Assembly (NCBI GenBank): GCA_013115145.1
Contig: JAAPAO010000357.1
Coordinates: 1-36,844, forward strand
Length of the DNA stretch: 36,844 bases
DNA from: Perkinsus chesapeaki ATCC PRA-425
Taxonomy: Eukaryota > Protista > Perkinsozoa
Direction of reading: 5' to 3'
Under the pieces are notes generated by a model. That model had not been told where the DNA came from. It searched no databases and saw only the letters and a program-made list of their open reading frames with translations. The first letter of the stretch is position 1; every line of letters begins with the position of its first letter. Position numbers and translations under genes: made by a program. This document shows, one piece after another, positions 23,657-35,260 of this stretch.

Positions 23657-25241
23657 ATGTCATCATCATCATCATCCTTGATAGATGATCTCCTACACGA
23701 TCCGGTATTAGAGGCAGATCTCAAACGTCAACAAAAACAGGTCACAAGGTGATGAAATTGTATTTTTCCATTTTCTTCTTAGATAGTCTTCAATGACAAT
23801 TTTCGACATGCTCTAGCGGAGCGACGCAAAGCACTTCCCCCCGTCGAAACGTCCTTTCCAGAGATTCCTCCAGATTACGTATCAGCTGACAAGTTCGAGG
23901 AAGCTGGTGGAGCTCCCTGGCAAACGCCCGATCCTTCCCTCCCCACACTTCTGGCACTTCACCAAGAGTTGGTCGCCTTTGGCAAGTGGTTGAATGCAAC
24001 GCCGTTGGAGAAGGCAGAGCGTCATGGTGTCGTCCTTGATGTGAGGAGGATCACCAGCGCACTCTGGCCCGAAGCAGTGGTGGTGGAATTCGGCTCCAGT
24101 TGGACTGGACTCAATCTGCCCGACGGCGATATTGATCTGGCGATTCAGCGATTACCGGGCCCCAATCATGTTAGAGAGAATCTCAAGGTGTTGATGAACC
24201 AATTTGCCAAGGCTTTGCATGCATCTAATATAGCCACTCATATTCACGTTATTGACACGGCGAGAGTTCCTATTGTTAAATTCATCGATCGTCGTAGTGG
24301 CTTCTCTGTTGATGTTGCATTTGGCTTGCAAGGAGTGGTCACCAAGAGCGGGGAATGGGTGTTGGCCAATTGCAAAAAGATGCCACAATTGAAACCTTTG
24401 TTGATGGTAATCTACTTTGCCTATATAATGAGATGATGAGCATATCTTTTCAGTTTCTCAAACTGTTCCTTTCTATACGTGGTTTAAGTGAGCCATATAA
24501 GGGTGGCATCGGCAGTTATATGTTGTTTACGATGCTGCTATGTGTACTACACCTTAGTGATGGTAACACAACCGCCGCCGCCGCAGGCGGCCCATGCTGC
24601 TCGCCATGTTAATCAGTTCTACTGTTTTAGGTGCTAGAAGTCCTGAACATTGGCGCAAAGCCTCGCTCGGTCACATCCTCTTCGAATTCTTTCGTCTTTA
24701 CTCGAACGATATGAACTACAAGAAGCTTGGTTTACGTCCACCAAATGGCGCCTCCAAGCAAGCCAGTCTTTTCCCTCGTGAGAATCCTTCGTGGGCCATC
24801 AGTATCGAAAGCCCAGAGGATTCCTCCATCGATTTGGGTCGTGGCACGTTTGATTACCATCACGTTCTACAAGCCTTCGATAACGCATATCTCACCATCT
24901 GCTCTGGCGACCGAAACGGTCGGAGTTTGTTGTTGGTCAGCGGCCTGCTTGGTCAAGGTAGAGGCTTCATTGATGCTCGAGCAAAGCTGGAGAAACGGCT
25001 GAAAGCTGAGCCGAGGCCAGATGTACCAACAGCTGGATTAAAAGCGTCCAGCGTCGCACCGGAGAAAGGTCAACTCTTCTTCGACGATACAAGTGATTCT
25101 GACAGCGCAAGTGATAACACGGAAGAGAGCGCTGTGACACCATCTGAGGAGTCTACAGCAACTGATCAGCCACCGAAGAAGATACGAAGAACGGTGAGAC
25201 TTGAAGACATTGGCGGCTGGAGCGATGATGAAGATGATTAA
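23657..25241 (+). CDS. TRF4/PAPD5-like non-canonical poly(A) polymerase
   Basis: Motifs APW..LHQELVAF, FGSSWTGLNLPDGDIDL (GS..DxD), ARVPIVKF..VDVAF, GGIGSY and ISIESP; short GT-AG introns. Confidence 0.85.
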
Positions 25242-25668
25242 TGAAGTTGACCACACTAACTGTTCTTTACGATTGTAATTATTGTCTCGAATAGAATTAT
25301 TGGGTTGTTAGTAGGATACCAAACGCTAGACGAAATAAACAAGCACGTCCTGACTCCGGACTCCTGAGATATGATTCAAGCCTTGGAAGCCTGCCGCTGT
25401 GTACCCTGTGATTTCACTTCCCAGTCTGACAACTTTGAAAGTCAACTGAGTCATCTAAGTTAGGTGTTCGCTGGGTGAAGGGCCTCATTCAGGGACATCA
25501 AACGCAATCATAGAACATATCGACAATGCTTTCGCAGAATTAATAACCGTATTAAAAATTCACAAAGCAAGAATGATCGCTTGAGACATTCGACTTCTCA
25601 GCGCCGCTGGATAGCTTTACCAGCGACCCTTCATTCGTCGTCAATCTAATCGCGAACTAGCAGAACTG

Positions 25669-26497
25669 TTACGGCAACAGGGGTTCGGCGGTGTTCTCAT
25701 GCCTGGTCGGGAATATCTGTCTCCATTGTGCAGCTAACTTCTGAGGGAGATTGGTATACCACAGTATACCAATGAACATTAACAAGAAGCCTGTCCACGT
25801 CGCCACTAGAGTGAACCAGATTCCGTAAAAGGAATATGATCCATCAGGATTATACCTGACAACATCACCTCAACAAAGGCATCTAACAATCCTACATCGG
25901 AGCATTTATCCCCAAAGCGTTCTCCTCGGTGACTGTCAGAGGGCCTCGGCCAATATCGGCACACTGTCCTGGTGTTCCCTCAACTTGATTGATTCGGTAC
26001 TTGCAATCGTCAAAGTCAAACTTGACACGCTGACCATTGGCGTCTGAAAGAGAAGTATATCAAACTAGTAATAGGAAAGGTGGTAGCGTACCGTCAGTCA
26101 TGAACCAGTTGTTTGAGTCAATAAGAACATGTCTAGTGAGGTCCATCATAACACCAACAGTCGCCAATAGAACGCAATAGAAAGGCCCCCATTTCCTCAG
26201 GTGTGGCTTAACATTCTGTCGACGATTCTTAGTCCCAACATAAACAAACTGGCATAAGTTGGTGAAGATTGCCAGATTGATACCGAATGTTAAAGTGTGG
26301 GAGAAACCGTTGAGCCCAGCTGTACTGGCGAGGCCTAGTAAACCGAACACGAGCACCGGCCAACATCAGGCACCCAACTGAAGATGAAGTTGGCCAAGAT
26401 GCTATGAGCGATTTCCTTACCAATGCTGGTATTGAAATTAGGAGGGTGATGATAGATACGATCATTGGCTTCCTCACCGATGTCGAGTCCTAACCAT
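25669..26497 (-). CDS. Multi-pass membrane protein of unknown function (WGPFYC..DLTRHVL; MYNPDGS motifs)
   Basis: GT-AG splicing gives a continuous frame with several hydrophobic helices ending EPLLP*. Confidence 0.6.
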
Positions 26498-27609
26498 CAA
26501 TCCATTCGATACCTTATAGCCCATTCGTGCTTACCACACCGGAACGAGCCTCCTCCAACTGCTGCTGCTGCTGCCCGTCCGTGACATGACCTACTTGGGG
26601 TGTATCTCAGGTACTACATTCTTCGATGTCTTCTTGAGGAGGGTGATGATGCACCTCAGCACCTGGTCGGGATACATAAACAACCTAGTCGAATGCAGCT
26701 AACCTTCAAGGCTTACTCCCTCCAAGCGCCATGTATCCTTTTGGAGCGTCGAGCAAAGCGAGTGAAAGTGAAAAGTCTACAAGAGATATCATTTCCCCCT
26801 TTAACGTAGCCTCCTCTTATTATATCGTGTGACCATCTCGATCTCTTTTTACCATCTATCTTCCCACTCATCTGGACAAACTCGAGACACACTTCACCGA
26901 AACGTATGAAAAAAAAGAATATGATTTGATTATGAATAACAGGGAAAGGTACAATAGTTCATGTTATCTAAATGGGCTTCAGCCACGTTATTCAACAAAC
27001 GATAACCTATGCCTGCCTGTAACTCTCATAATTAATAACCTTATATAAACGCCTATGTATAGGTAATAGACGAGATGCGGACCCGTCTCATTAACCAGTC
27101 AATGTTAAATTGAACTTCGCCACTGTGAATAGCAGGCTTGTCACGTCTGAAGAATACGGCAAAGCAGAATAATAGACCTCATCAGAGAAAGTCTCCTCAG
27201 GAATTATCAAGTCTTTGACTCCTTGTTTAGTTAACGAATTCTTTGCTTTCGAGAATGCCTCTTCGGCTGAGGGGACGGGATTTTACTTCTGTATCGACCA
27301 CACGGGAAGGTGAAGGGTTCAAGGAGACGGCATTGACCACCGAGACTACCGGCGAGAAGGGTCGTCACGAAGAACAATATGGGGCAGATCTGGGACAACC
27401 GAAACCATAATGTTCTTCGTCATGTTCTACGTATGCGGCGTAAGTTACGCTCTGATCAGTTATATTATAAAAATGAGAAAAAGAAAGAAATGCAAGCGGC
27501 GACGCTGCTGCGGCTTTTGCTCAGCTATATGAGCACGAGGAGAGGACTGGCAACTAAATTTTCTAAGGTATAGTTCCTCAATTAGGAATCCTTATTTTAC
27601 TGTGTATTG

Positions 27610-27685
27610 CTTAAACATGTCGAACATGTTTAAGTAGACTAGGAGACTCAAGATCCCACACATCAGCACCGGGACTCCCGGTGCT
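27610..27685. repeat. Two perfect palindromes (11-bp and 10-bp arms)
   Basis: CTTAAACATGT-CGA-ACATGTTTAAG (27610-27634) and AGCACCGGGA-C-TCCCGGTGCT (27665-27685). Confidence 0.95.
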
Positions 27686-28932
27686 TCCCCTGACGTCGAT
27701 CCTGTCCATTTTTAATTTCGACAATCATCCCTGGCATGGCATTCCAGTGGATGGCATTCCAGAAAGCAGCCACCTTAGTGACATGTACATTACTATTTGA
27801 GAGCCTACGATGGACCAACTCTATTCGGGAATCATATATATTCCGGGAGACCCCCGAATATAATTCAGGCACATCCTAGGCAAGGATACATCGAGCCTCA
27901 CGGAACAGTCTTCTTCTAGTGCCGAATTGGGAAATATAATTTTTTGATCGAAAATGTATTTAAGGAGCAAGAACAAACATGAAATCCAATTCTCCCAGGA
28001 ATATTTGGCGTCCCCCATGAATCATGGGCCATGATCCCCGAATTGCTCCGAAACCCCAGAAAACAATTAGGAAACATTTAGAATATTTCGTCGGTGCCAG
28101 TTTCGACTCAGACCACACTGGTTTGAAACCTCATTTTCTCACGCCCTTCATAAGACGCCATTAACATGAGTATGTATAATCTTTTTTTAGAGCAAGATGT
28201 TGCAAGATGTTTCCATGCGCTTGTTTTTGTATTTTTTTTCAAAATTATTAGGACCATTATCAATGCGTTATATGATAAAACTACGAAACGTAACTTTCGT
28301 TATTTACTATATAATCGCTACGCAGCAAACGTTAAAATTAAAGATGTGTGGCCAAACAAATACAATTTGTAAAATAAAAATTTGCCAAGTAAATGTTGAC
28401 TCACGGATCATTATCTATTCCTCAGCCCATAAATTTTTTGGTTTAAAACGGTTGTAGAGTTTAGTCCAGTCCTCAACTGTCATGTCTCGGAAGGCATTTA
28501 ACTAATAAAAGATTCTAAATTGGTTAACTCGCGATCCTACAAGATAACTTAAATTCGATATACTCTTAATTTTATTCTTCCGTGGAGGCTTTTAGTTTGA
28601 CAGAGCCGCGTGGATCAACCATATTAAGCAAACGATAAGACAGCATATTGATAAAATTAGGAAGTAAGACACCTAAATCATCAGCTCCATGTACCACGCT
28701 GTCTATTTCATCGATTAAGCATAGATCGTTCACTCCCCCAACTCTTCTATCTGGTTTCCAACTTCGTGGAACTGCGAAAAGGATCCAACGTTCGTCGCAA
28801 CCAGGAGCCAGTACGAATGGCGACACTCGAGCAATGAACAACTCAACAACATAGGGCTTAAAATAATAATAATGTCTCCACATGATCGATAACACAGAGG
28901 GAAAACAGAAGCTTCCACGGTGTGCAGAACGA

Positions 28933-29332
28933 CTATGGGTACCTGAATTGAGCCGACTTGGATGGGCAGCTTTGAAACAATGCTTACCATCCCTTGTCTC
29001 CACCAGAACGTGTAGGGTCCCAGAAGTATCTGAGAGAAAGGAGTTAAGGAGATTATAAAGTAACGTCTCCCTACAGGGAACGTTTAGATACATTCCAAAC
29101 ACCGAGGGTCATGGCTTCCTTGTACGGATCATCGAACCAACCGAAGAGGTACCACATTAGGCTCGGATAGAAGGCGATTTGGAATGGTAGCATACGATGG
29201 TAGACTTGCCTCCAACCCCACCTAAGGGACATTAGAGGATCTCAGTGCATCGTAGTAGTTCTTGGCATACTTCTTTCTGGCGGCATACTGCTCGGTCATG
29301 CCCCATAATTTATGATAGACTGCAAGTGTCAT
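28933..29332 (-). CDS. Small single-TM protein resembling myzozoan cytochrome bc1 subunit QCR11/QCR10 (86 aa, 4 exons)
   Basis: Exons 29332-29271, 29221-29075, 29029-28988 and 28942-28933 give 261 nt: MTLAVYHKLWGMTEQYAARKKWGWRQVYHRMLPFQIAFYPSLMWYLFGWFDDPYKEAMTLGVWNV... The family assignment is from recalled similarity only. Confidence 0.5.
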
Positions 29333-29818
29333 TAGTAGATACCAAACTCAGCTGTTAGACTTCGCCGACGAGACGAAGATGTAAAATAAAGATAACAAGC
29401 TGACAAAAACTCGGAAGATTCAACCCTAATAGACCGCGGTGTGTGAGCACACGTGCACATTGCGCGACAAGCGCGCACGCCCAAGTAATCGATTACTGTG
29501 AAGTTGCGATGATGTTGATCATTGGCTTGAGCATCGATAGACAGCACTGAGGGTTTTGAGGCTATGGTCCGATGACCCCGACTGGGCTAACAAGACAGGC
29601 AATAGGCAGGAGCTAGATAGCTCAACAAAACAAAGAGGCATCATGAGAAACAATGAGCACCTGAGGCCAGTCGCATGGGCCAGTCATGTCGGGCGTGTAT
29701 GAGTGTCATAAACCAAGTACATCGGCCACTTACAGTGACCGGCTATTATACTAGTCGACCATCCTAAAATGATAAGTTACTTTCGGCAAGAGCTCTATCT
29801 TTCACCCAGACGTACTTC

Positions 29819-31140
29819 CTAAGCAAGCTCTAGATCGAAATCGAAAGCTTCGTCATCTGACTGATTGGAAGCCAGCCTCTCTCTTGTGTTTGTTTCGGCC
29901 AAACGTCTTCGTAATGAAAGGTTGGCGGCCTTTCCTGCGTCAAGTTCTGCCTTCGCGGAATACCTGAAAGGAGGCCCATATCCCCGCCGCACCCAACATG
30001 GACAGCAAGCGTAGCTTGCTGGAAACACCACGATTGAAAGTCTTTCCTGGTGAGTTGGTGATGAAGGAATGGTTTGAGATGCATAATATTATTTAATCTA
30101 TCTGCACCATCCAAGCTGTATAATACAGTTGTCATATTTCATGGCACGAAGCTCGTGAACCAATATCGAGCGCATCAAAGTTCATTAGGTACTGCGACCA
30201 ATCAACTTACACTTCACCTCTCACTTCTTCGACACGTCCTTTGAGCTTTGAGATTAACGCATCTCGTCTACAACATCTCATCGTACAAGCACCTAATAAG
30301 CCCCGTCAGCTCCCACCTGGCTGTTGCTCGCTCATCAAGGTCTATTCCGCGGTGATAGGCAGTGAGCCGCTGGACCTCCTGAGCTCGATTAGTCCCTCTT
30401 AAACATTCCGACAACTAGCCGTACCCAAAACTGAGCAGCCTCCGCAACACGTGACGTTAGAGATGGAAGAGGCAACGCGATAAGCCAACTGGCAGCTCCT
30501 GTTCCACGGGAAGTGGCGCGAGGGTCATCTGAAACTTTCGGATTGAAAACGCCAATGTTACGAATTCATTTCACTAAGGACCTATCTCTCTGAGTGAACG
30601 CTACCACATGAGCCGACCGTACATTATTCTCCTTGAGGACATTACGGGTGATTAAAATGCAGGTCGAACAGTGGATTGTTAGAACTGAAACGGCGCTCCA
30701 GAAGAGACGAGTTTTATCTACACCATTTCAAGATCTGATTAGCAAAATCCCCGAACAAGTTAATATAAGCCGGAACAAAATAGTAAAAGCTCAGATTTTA
30801 TTCTGGGCTTCTACTAATTAGATCTTGAAACGGTCTAGAGTGCGGTCCCTCTTAAGCACGAGGCCGACTGCGGAGCAAAGCATCACTTACCAGACCCAGT
30901 TGGGCATTGGATGACCTTATCGGTATTCTGTCTGCTAACTACTGGTGTCCTACACACCGGGCAGCGGCCAGCTCGCGGCACATGTGCCATACAGACGATA
31001 TGATGACATGTTTTCAGATGTACCAATCTTCAAAATGAGGCTACTCGGCGAGTTGTGTACTGCTTAACGTACCTCTCTGTTGATGAGCATCTCGTAACGT
31101 TGCATTGAATGACTATAGAATCCGGGGTGTGTCCGGTCAT
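29819..31140 (-). CDS. HEI10/CCNB1IP1-like RING finger plus coiled-coil protein
   Basis: Spliced (intron 31028-31072) IQCNVTRCSSTERLVHLKTCHHIVCMAHVPRAGRCPVCR fits the HEI10 pattern CNxxxC..CxHIxCxxH..CPxC. Downstream are AAQFW and coiled-coil segments; 3' exons are uncertain. Confidence 0.5.
30722..30834. repeat. Degenerate inverted repeat (37-nt arms, 7 mismatches) inside predicted intron 30529-30890
   Basis: ACCATTTCAAGATCTGATTAGCAAAATCCCCGAACAA versus the reverse complement ACCGTTTCAAGATCTAATTAGTAGAAGCCCAGAATAA. Confidence 0.8.
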
Positions 31141-31515
31141 GGGATATAACAATCTCAGCACGTTAATTAGTCATGTCATCGACGAGCTGTTCGTCGCTTT
31201 ACAACACGACAATTTCAAGTGTTGCTTTCACGGCGCAGATTGCAAGGGATCTTGTTATTTGTTCAAGTCGTGAATTCCTGTAGCATGACTACTCAACACC
31301 ACACCTATCTGAATAGTAGCAATGTAGTTTATTGTAATGTAACTGCTGCTGCTGCCGATAGGTTGCTCCACGTAGAACAAACGATGAGGTTGACCCTCGG
31401 AAAACATATATTCGATCTCGGTGCGGTGATTGTCATATTTGATCTCAGTGCACACTGATCGTCACTTAGTCAATGCTTGATAATATGCCACACTGAAATG
31501 GGGTAATCATAACAC

Positions 31516-34375
31516 TTAATTCGACGCTGTCTTCTGGCTTATGTGGAATGCCAAGTAGGTTGATGTCAATAGCGGTGGGCAAACTCGTGACGGCCCAACC
31601 GTTTCGTATTTTGGGGTCTTCTTCATTCGCCTCGATGAGGATATAGACAAGGTCGAATCGGAGCTCTTGTTGTTGGTCTCATCATCGTCATTGTCATCGT
31701 CTTCATTGAAATATTTGTTGGCTGCAGTAGCGACGGCCCAGCTGCCGGCCAAGCCAACTAAACTCGAACTGATCCATGATGTCAGCAACCGTGCGACAGT
31801 CCCGCACGAAGATGGCGACGACGAATTAACTGAGACAAGTTAAAGTTCGTGATTGGTCACGTGAGTTGGTCACATTAAATCTACCTTGAACTCCGAAAAC
31901 CGTTCAAGTTGTTATAAACTAAAACACTTGGTACCGTTTGTTAATGGATTGAATTCTCAAGACGGTTCAATTATTCCATACTCAACCTCCAACAAAGCAC
32001 AATCGATACTTTATGGGGAAAGCTGCGTCGAGATGACGATGGAAATGAGGAATTGGAGAGAGGCCCGAGGAGTGACTTACCGTGGGTAGCCAGTCTTCTC
32101 ATAAAACCAACAGTTACTGCGCAACCTACTGCTGCACCTGAGCAAACGATGATGGAAAAATGCAGAGGTCAAATTGACTGATGAAAAAGGTAGACTTCAT
32201 GAGTGCTGGCAGGTGCGGAGGATGTATTGGAAAATGATTAATAAAGAGAAGTAATAGTTCGATGCATTTTATAGTATTCATCTACTGTATTGAAACAGGA
32301 TAATAAACAGCAATTTAACTAGATATTATATTAGTATTATTTTTAGTAAATATCACAGCAGCATTAGTTACCTCAACGTGAGTGGATTATTCTCAGTGAA
32401 TCTCAAAAGCTGGAAGCACCCCATGAAGAGTAGTCTAATGCGCTGGACAGCATCATGGTGCTGACTTCGGACAGACGTGTAATGGCCTTCAGCAATTCGA
32501 AGCCGAGCCACCAAAGCGGCTACCCGGAGCGTGGCATAGTAGGCGAACACCTTACCAGTGACAACAACAATGGTCGGCTGAGCAACGATACCAATAGCTT
32601 TATAGAAGGGCGGTGGCATTCGCCTACTGGCAACGTTATCGCCCTTGTGCCGTCTTTTATACCTGATAGAATCCCATTATGTAACGGATGAAGTGGTGAT
32701 GTCGAGGGAGGCTTACTCGATGATATCCCCAGCCATCCGACGATCGATCCGAACGCTCGGTAAGGCCGTTGGTTGCTAATGATTTGAGATATGACTTCGG
32801 AGATGTGACAGTAGTAGACTTACTCTGTACTCTTTGCTTAACCGTGAAGGTGGCATCAACACTCTCTGCACTTTCCGCGGTAGCAGATGAGCTAGTCCGG
32901 GTTGTAGAACCCGTTCCAGAAAGTCCTAAAACAGCACTGAGTAAGCCAAGTCGAGTGGAGGAGAATATAGCACTGCAAATCATTTGAACTGTAGTTCACA
33001 AGCCAAGGCATTCCCCGGCCATTTTTCTGAGCGACACAAGTATTAAGCCGGGATATGGGAAGCGAGAAATATCTTACAGTGGCCCAGTTGAAACTATAAG
33101 CCACTTTTCCAGTGAAATATAACAAATCGCAGAAGTGAAGTACGGAAAGTTACCATTGATACTTAAATCCAACTCTCTACTTTCTTTTATAGTACTTCTC
33201 AATAGCTCTACTAAGAACTACGAGCTTCCCTCAAGTCATATCTCAAGGCGGAGAGATGTGCAGTGATATGCAGTGGTAACCCACCTCATCCATGCCTAAC
33301 AAGCATTCCCTTATAGATTCATCCGACAAGTGTGGATTAAAGGCAATAAATAGTAATCTTTGCATCAACCTAAAGATACCACTATCACAGCGGAGCGAAG
33401 CGATTCACGAATACACATTTTCATTACCGTGACAGTTTGGTGACACCTTTACGATCAACCAACAAATCAAACACTGAAGAATGCAGTAATAAATTTTGCA
33501 TGCTTTCTGGGAGATACACCAAAAGCCCTCTTGACCGAACCTGCCAATAATTCCCCATGCCGGGTTCGAACCCGCGACCTTTCGCATGAACTTACTTTGC
33601 AGTATATCCCGACCATCATAACACTCGCACCAACCATCACTGCAATCACTAGAGGGTAATTCACGACTATCTAATCATCACACACAGACACGATTATCAT
33701 ACCAATTCTCGCGCGCCACAAAACTGACTTTAGCCAATACTCCCAAAACTCCTGCAGCAATCGAACCGACTCCAATCCACTGGAGCATTGTTAAATCATC
33801 AACCACAGGAAATAGCAAACTTAATGACACTATACCTGTGAAAATATGGCATTACCAACAAGATCTATGACAATGGGGCATTCAGCAAGAGTTATATTAT
33901 GATGAAATGGATAATATATATTAATTTTTATTACAATTGATCACTAGTCAGGATTATGACCTAGATGAAGCTAAACATCGGTGGAGATCAGCTTCCGAAT
34001 GGTATGAGTATCGAGTTCAACAACCCGTTCGCGATAACAAGTTATAGGGGGTGCATCTCAACTGAATGAACGCCCCGAATTGTATAGAGAAAGAGAGGTA
34101 GAGATTAAATCGAAAAAATACTGTTATTAAACTAACATCACATTGGTAGTGTAATAACGTATGAAATATGATACATTTTACACTGCAAGTCGCAATAATC
34201 TCCAAGTTCATAGTTCATCCGCCCTTGTCCTATTACTTCGTCTTTTTTTATCTTCATTAAACCTACCGCTCCTCTCTGCAACCACCACCTGTGAGCTACT
34301 TCTTCTTGGGATGGTGGTGGTGGTGGAATCTATCGATGAACTTGGCGAATTCATCACATCTATCTTTGGTGGCAT
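31516..34375 (-). CDS. Multi-exon membrane protein of unknown function
   Basis: Consistent-phase splicing gives LQWIGVGSIAAGVLGVLAK|IVVNYPLVIAVMVGASVMMVGIYCK|VRSRGLL...SSVFDLL...GMDE|DFLERVLQPGLAHLLPRKVQ. The ends are approximate. Confidence 0.55.
33551..33585 (-). other. tRNA 3'-half sequence inside intron 33541-33595 (sense)
   Basis: GCGAA AGGTC GCGGG TTCGAAC CCGGC ATGGGGA A. Confidence 0.8.
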
Positions 34376-34623
34376 AATAATCTTAGAATGCTCTCCCGAG
34401 GCCACGCCGAACTCAAGAATTTGGAAGTCAGAAAAACAACTGACCGGTGGTGGGTTACATCAATACTGAGGGTTAAAAGGAGGTGGGCGCGCACTTTGAT
34501 TGGGGTCGAATTGCGGAGCGGACGGAGGACGCTAAGAGGGCAAAAGATGATGCTAGGATAATAACTGTAATGAAATGGAATATAGAAATCCAAGCCCTTG
34601 GAGAGAGTGTCGAATTTAAGAGT

Positions 34624-35135
34624 TCATTCGGGTCTGTTCGAGAGGGGCGGCAGCTGAAGTTTGAAGCCGTCTGATACTACGGGATACAAATTCCCCGATT
34701 CATGGTCCAATGGTCCATTGCCTACTGTGTAATTGCTGTTCCCCCCCGCTGATGGCCATTGTTGTGGGCCGCCGTAAAGGACCTTGAAGTGGAATTGTGT
34801 GAGGCGAGTCCAGTGAATCATTTACTATGTATTGAGTCGTCTGTGGATGATGAACCGGTCGAGTGTGGCGTCGACGACGATGGCAGCAGCAAACTATAAG
34901 TATAACCAAAAGTAACTAATTAATTTCGATGCCGAGGAACGAACCCACGACCTATCGATTACCAGCAGGAACCCGTCAAATCGCTTGTCTTCCAAAGGCT
35001 CCAACAAATACGCCAATTGCCCAGCACGTACATCTATCATCGTCACAGTCACGCGCCACGAAACTACCCATCACTACCTTCATAGGCTCCTCTCACGCTT
35101 GTCTTGTCTATTCCTTCAATCGCACTTTCAGTCAT
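34624..35135 (-). CDS. Small single-pass membrane protein (TM followed by CCC and HRRRRH)
   Basis: Splicing out 35034-35077, 34916-34962 and one further intron gives ...FDGFLL|LLLVILIVCCCHRRRRH..., which has positive-inside TM character. Confidence 0.5.
34924..34958 (-). other. tRNA 3'-half sequence inside intron 34916-34962 (sense)
   Basis: TCGAT AGGTC GTGGG TTCGTTC CTCGG CATCGAA A. Confidence 0.65.
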
Positions 35136-35260
35136 GAAATCATAAGAAAGGAAATTAACAAGCTAAAGCAGCCTCGTCAAGTGAAGTAACACAAGGATAT
35201 GTGCTGGTTACGGAAATGAGGCCAAATCACGGTCAGCATGCTTCGCTCCGCTGTATAGCC

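Larger units (their letters stand above)
12728..35065. repeat. Dispersed intronic motif GAATTTYGTGGCGC(A/-)GTGA (8 copies counted, one lying outside this span at 9718)
   Basis: Copies at 9718-9738, 12728-12746, 13349-13366, 16711-16726, 17100-17118, 22734-22751, 33708-33725 and 35048-35065. Confidence 0.8.

Noticed and set aside
24562-24629. Possible GC-AG intron in the TRF4-like gene
   Set aside because: An upstream GTAACA donor in the same phase explains the junction.
27090-27420. Possible secreted-protein pseudogene on the - strand
   Set aside because: No in-frame ATG, a frame break and no family motif; too weak to call.
28572-29102. 176-aa ORF on the - strand
   Set aside because: Its 5' part runs through exons and introns of the QCR11-like gene in another frame; no domain is recognisable.
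30633-30821. + strand ORF suggesting an inverted HEI10 exon
   Set aside because: A better continuation (AAQFW) exists on the - strand in phase, so this segment falls inside an intron.
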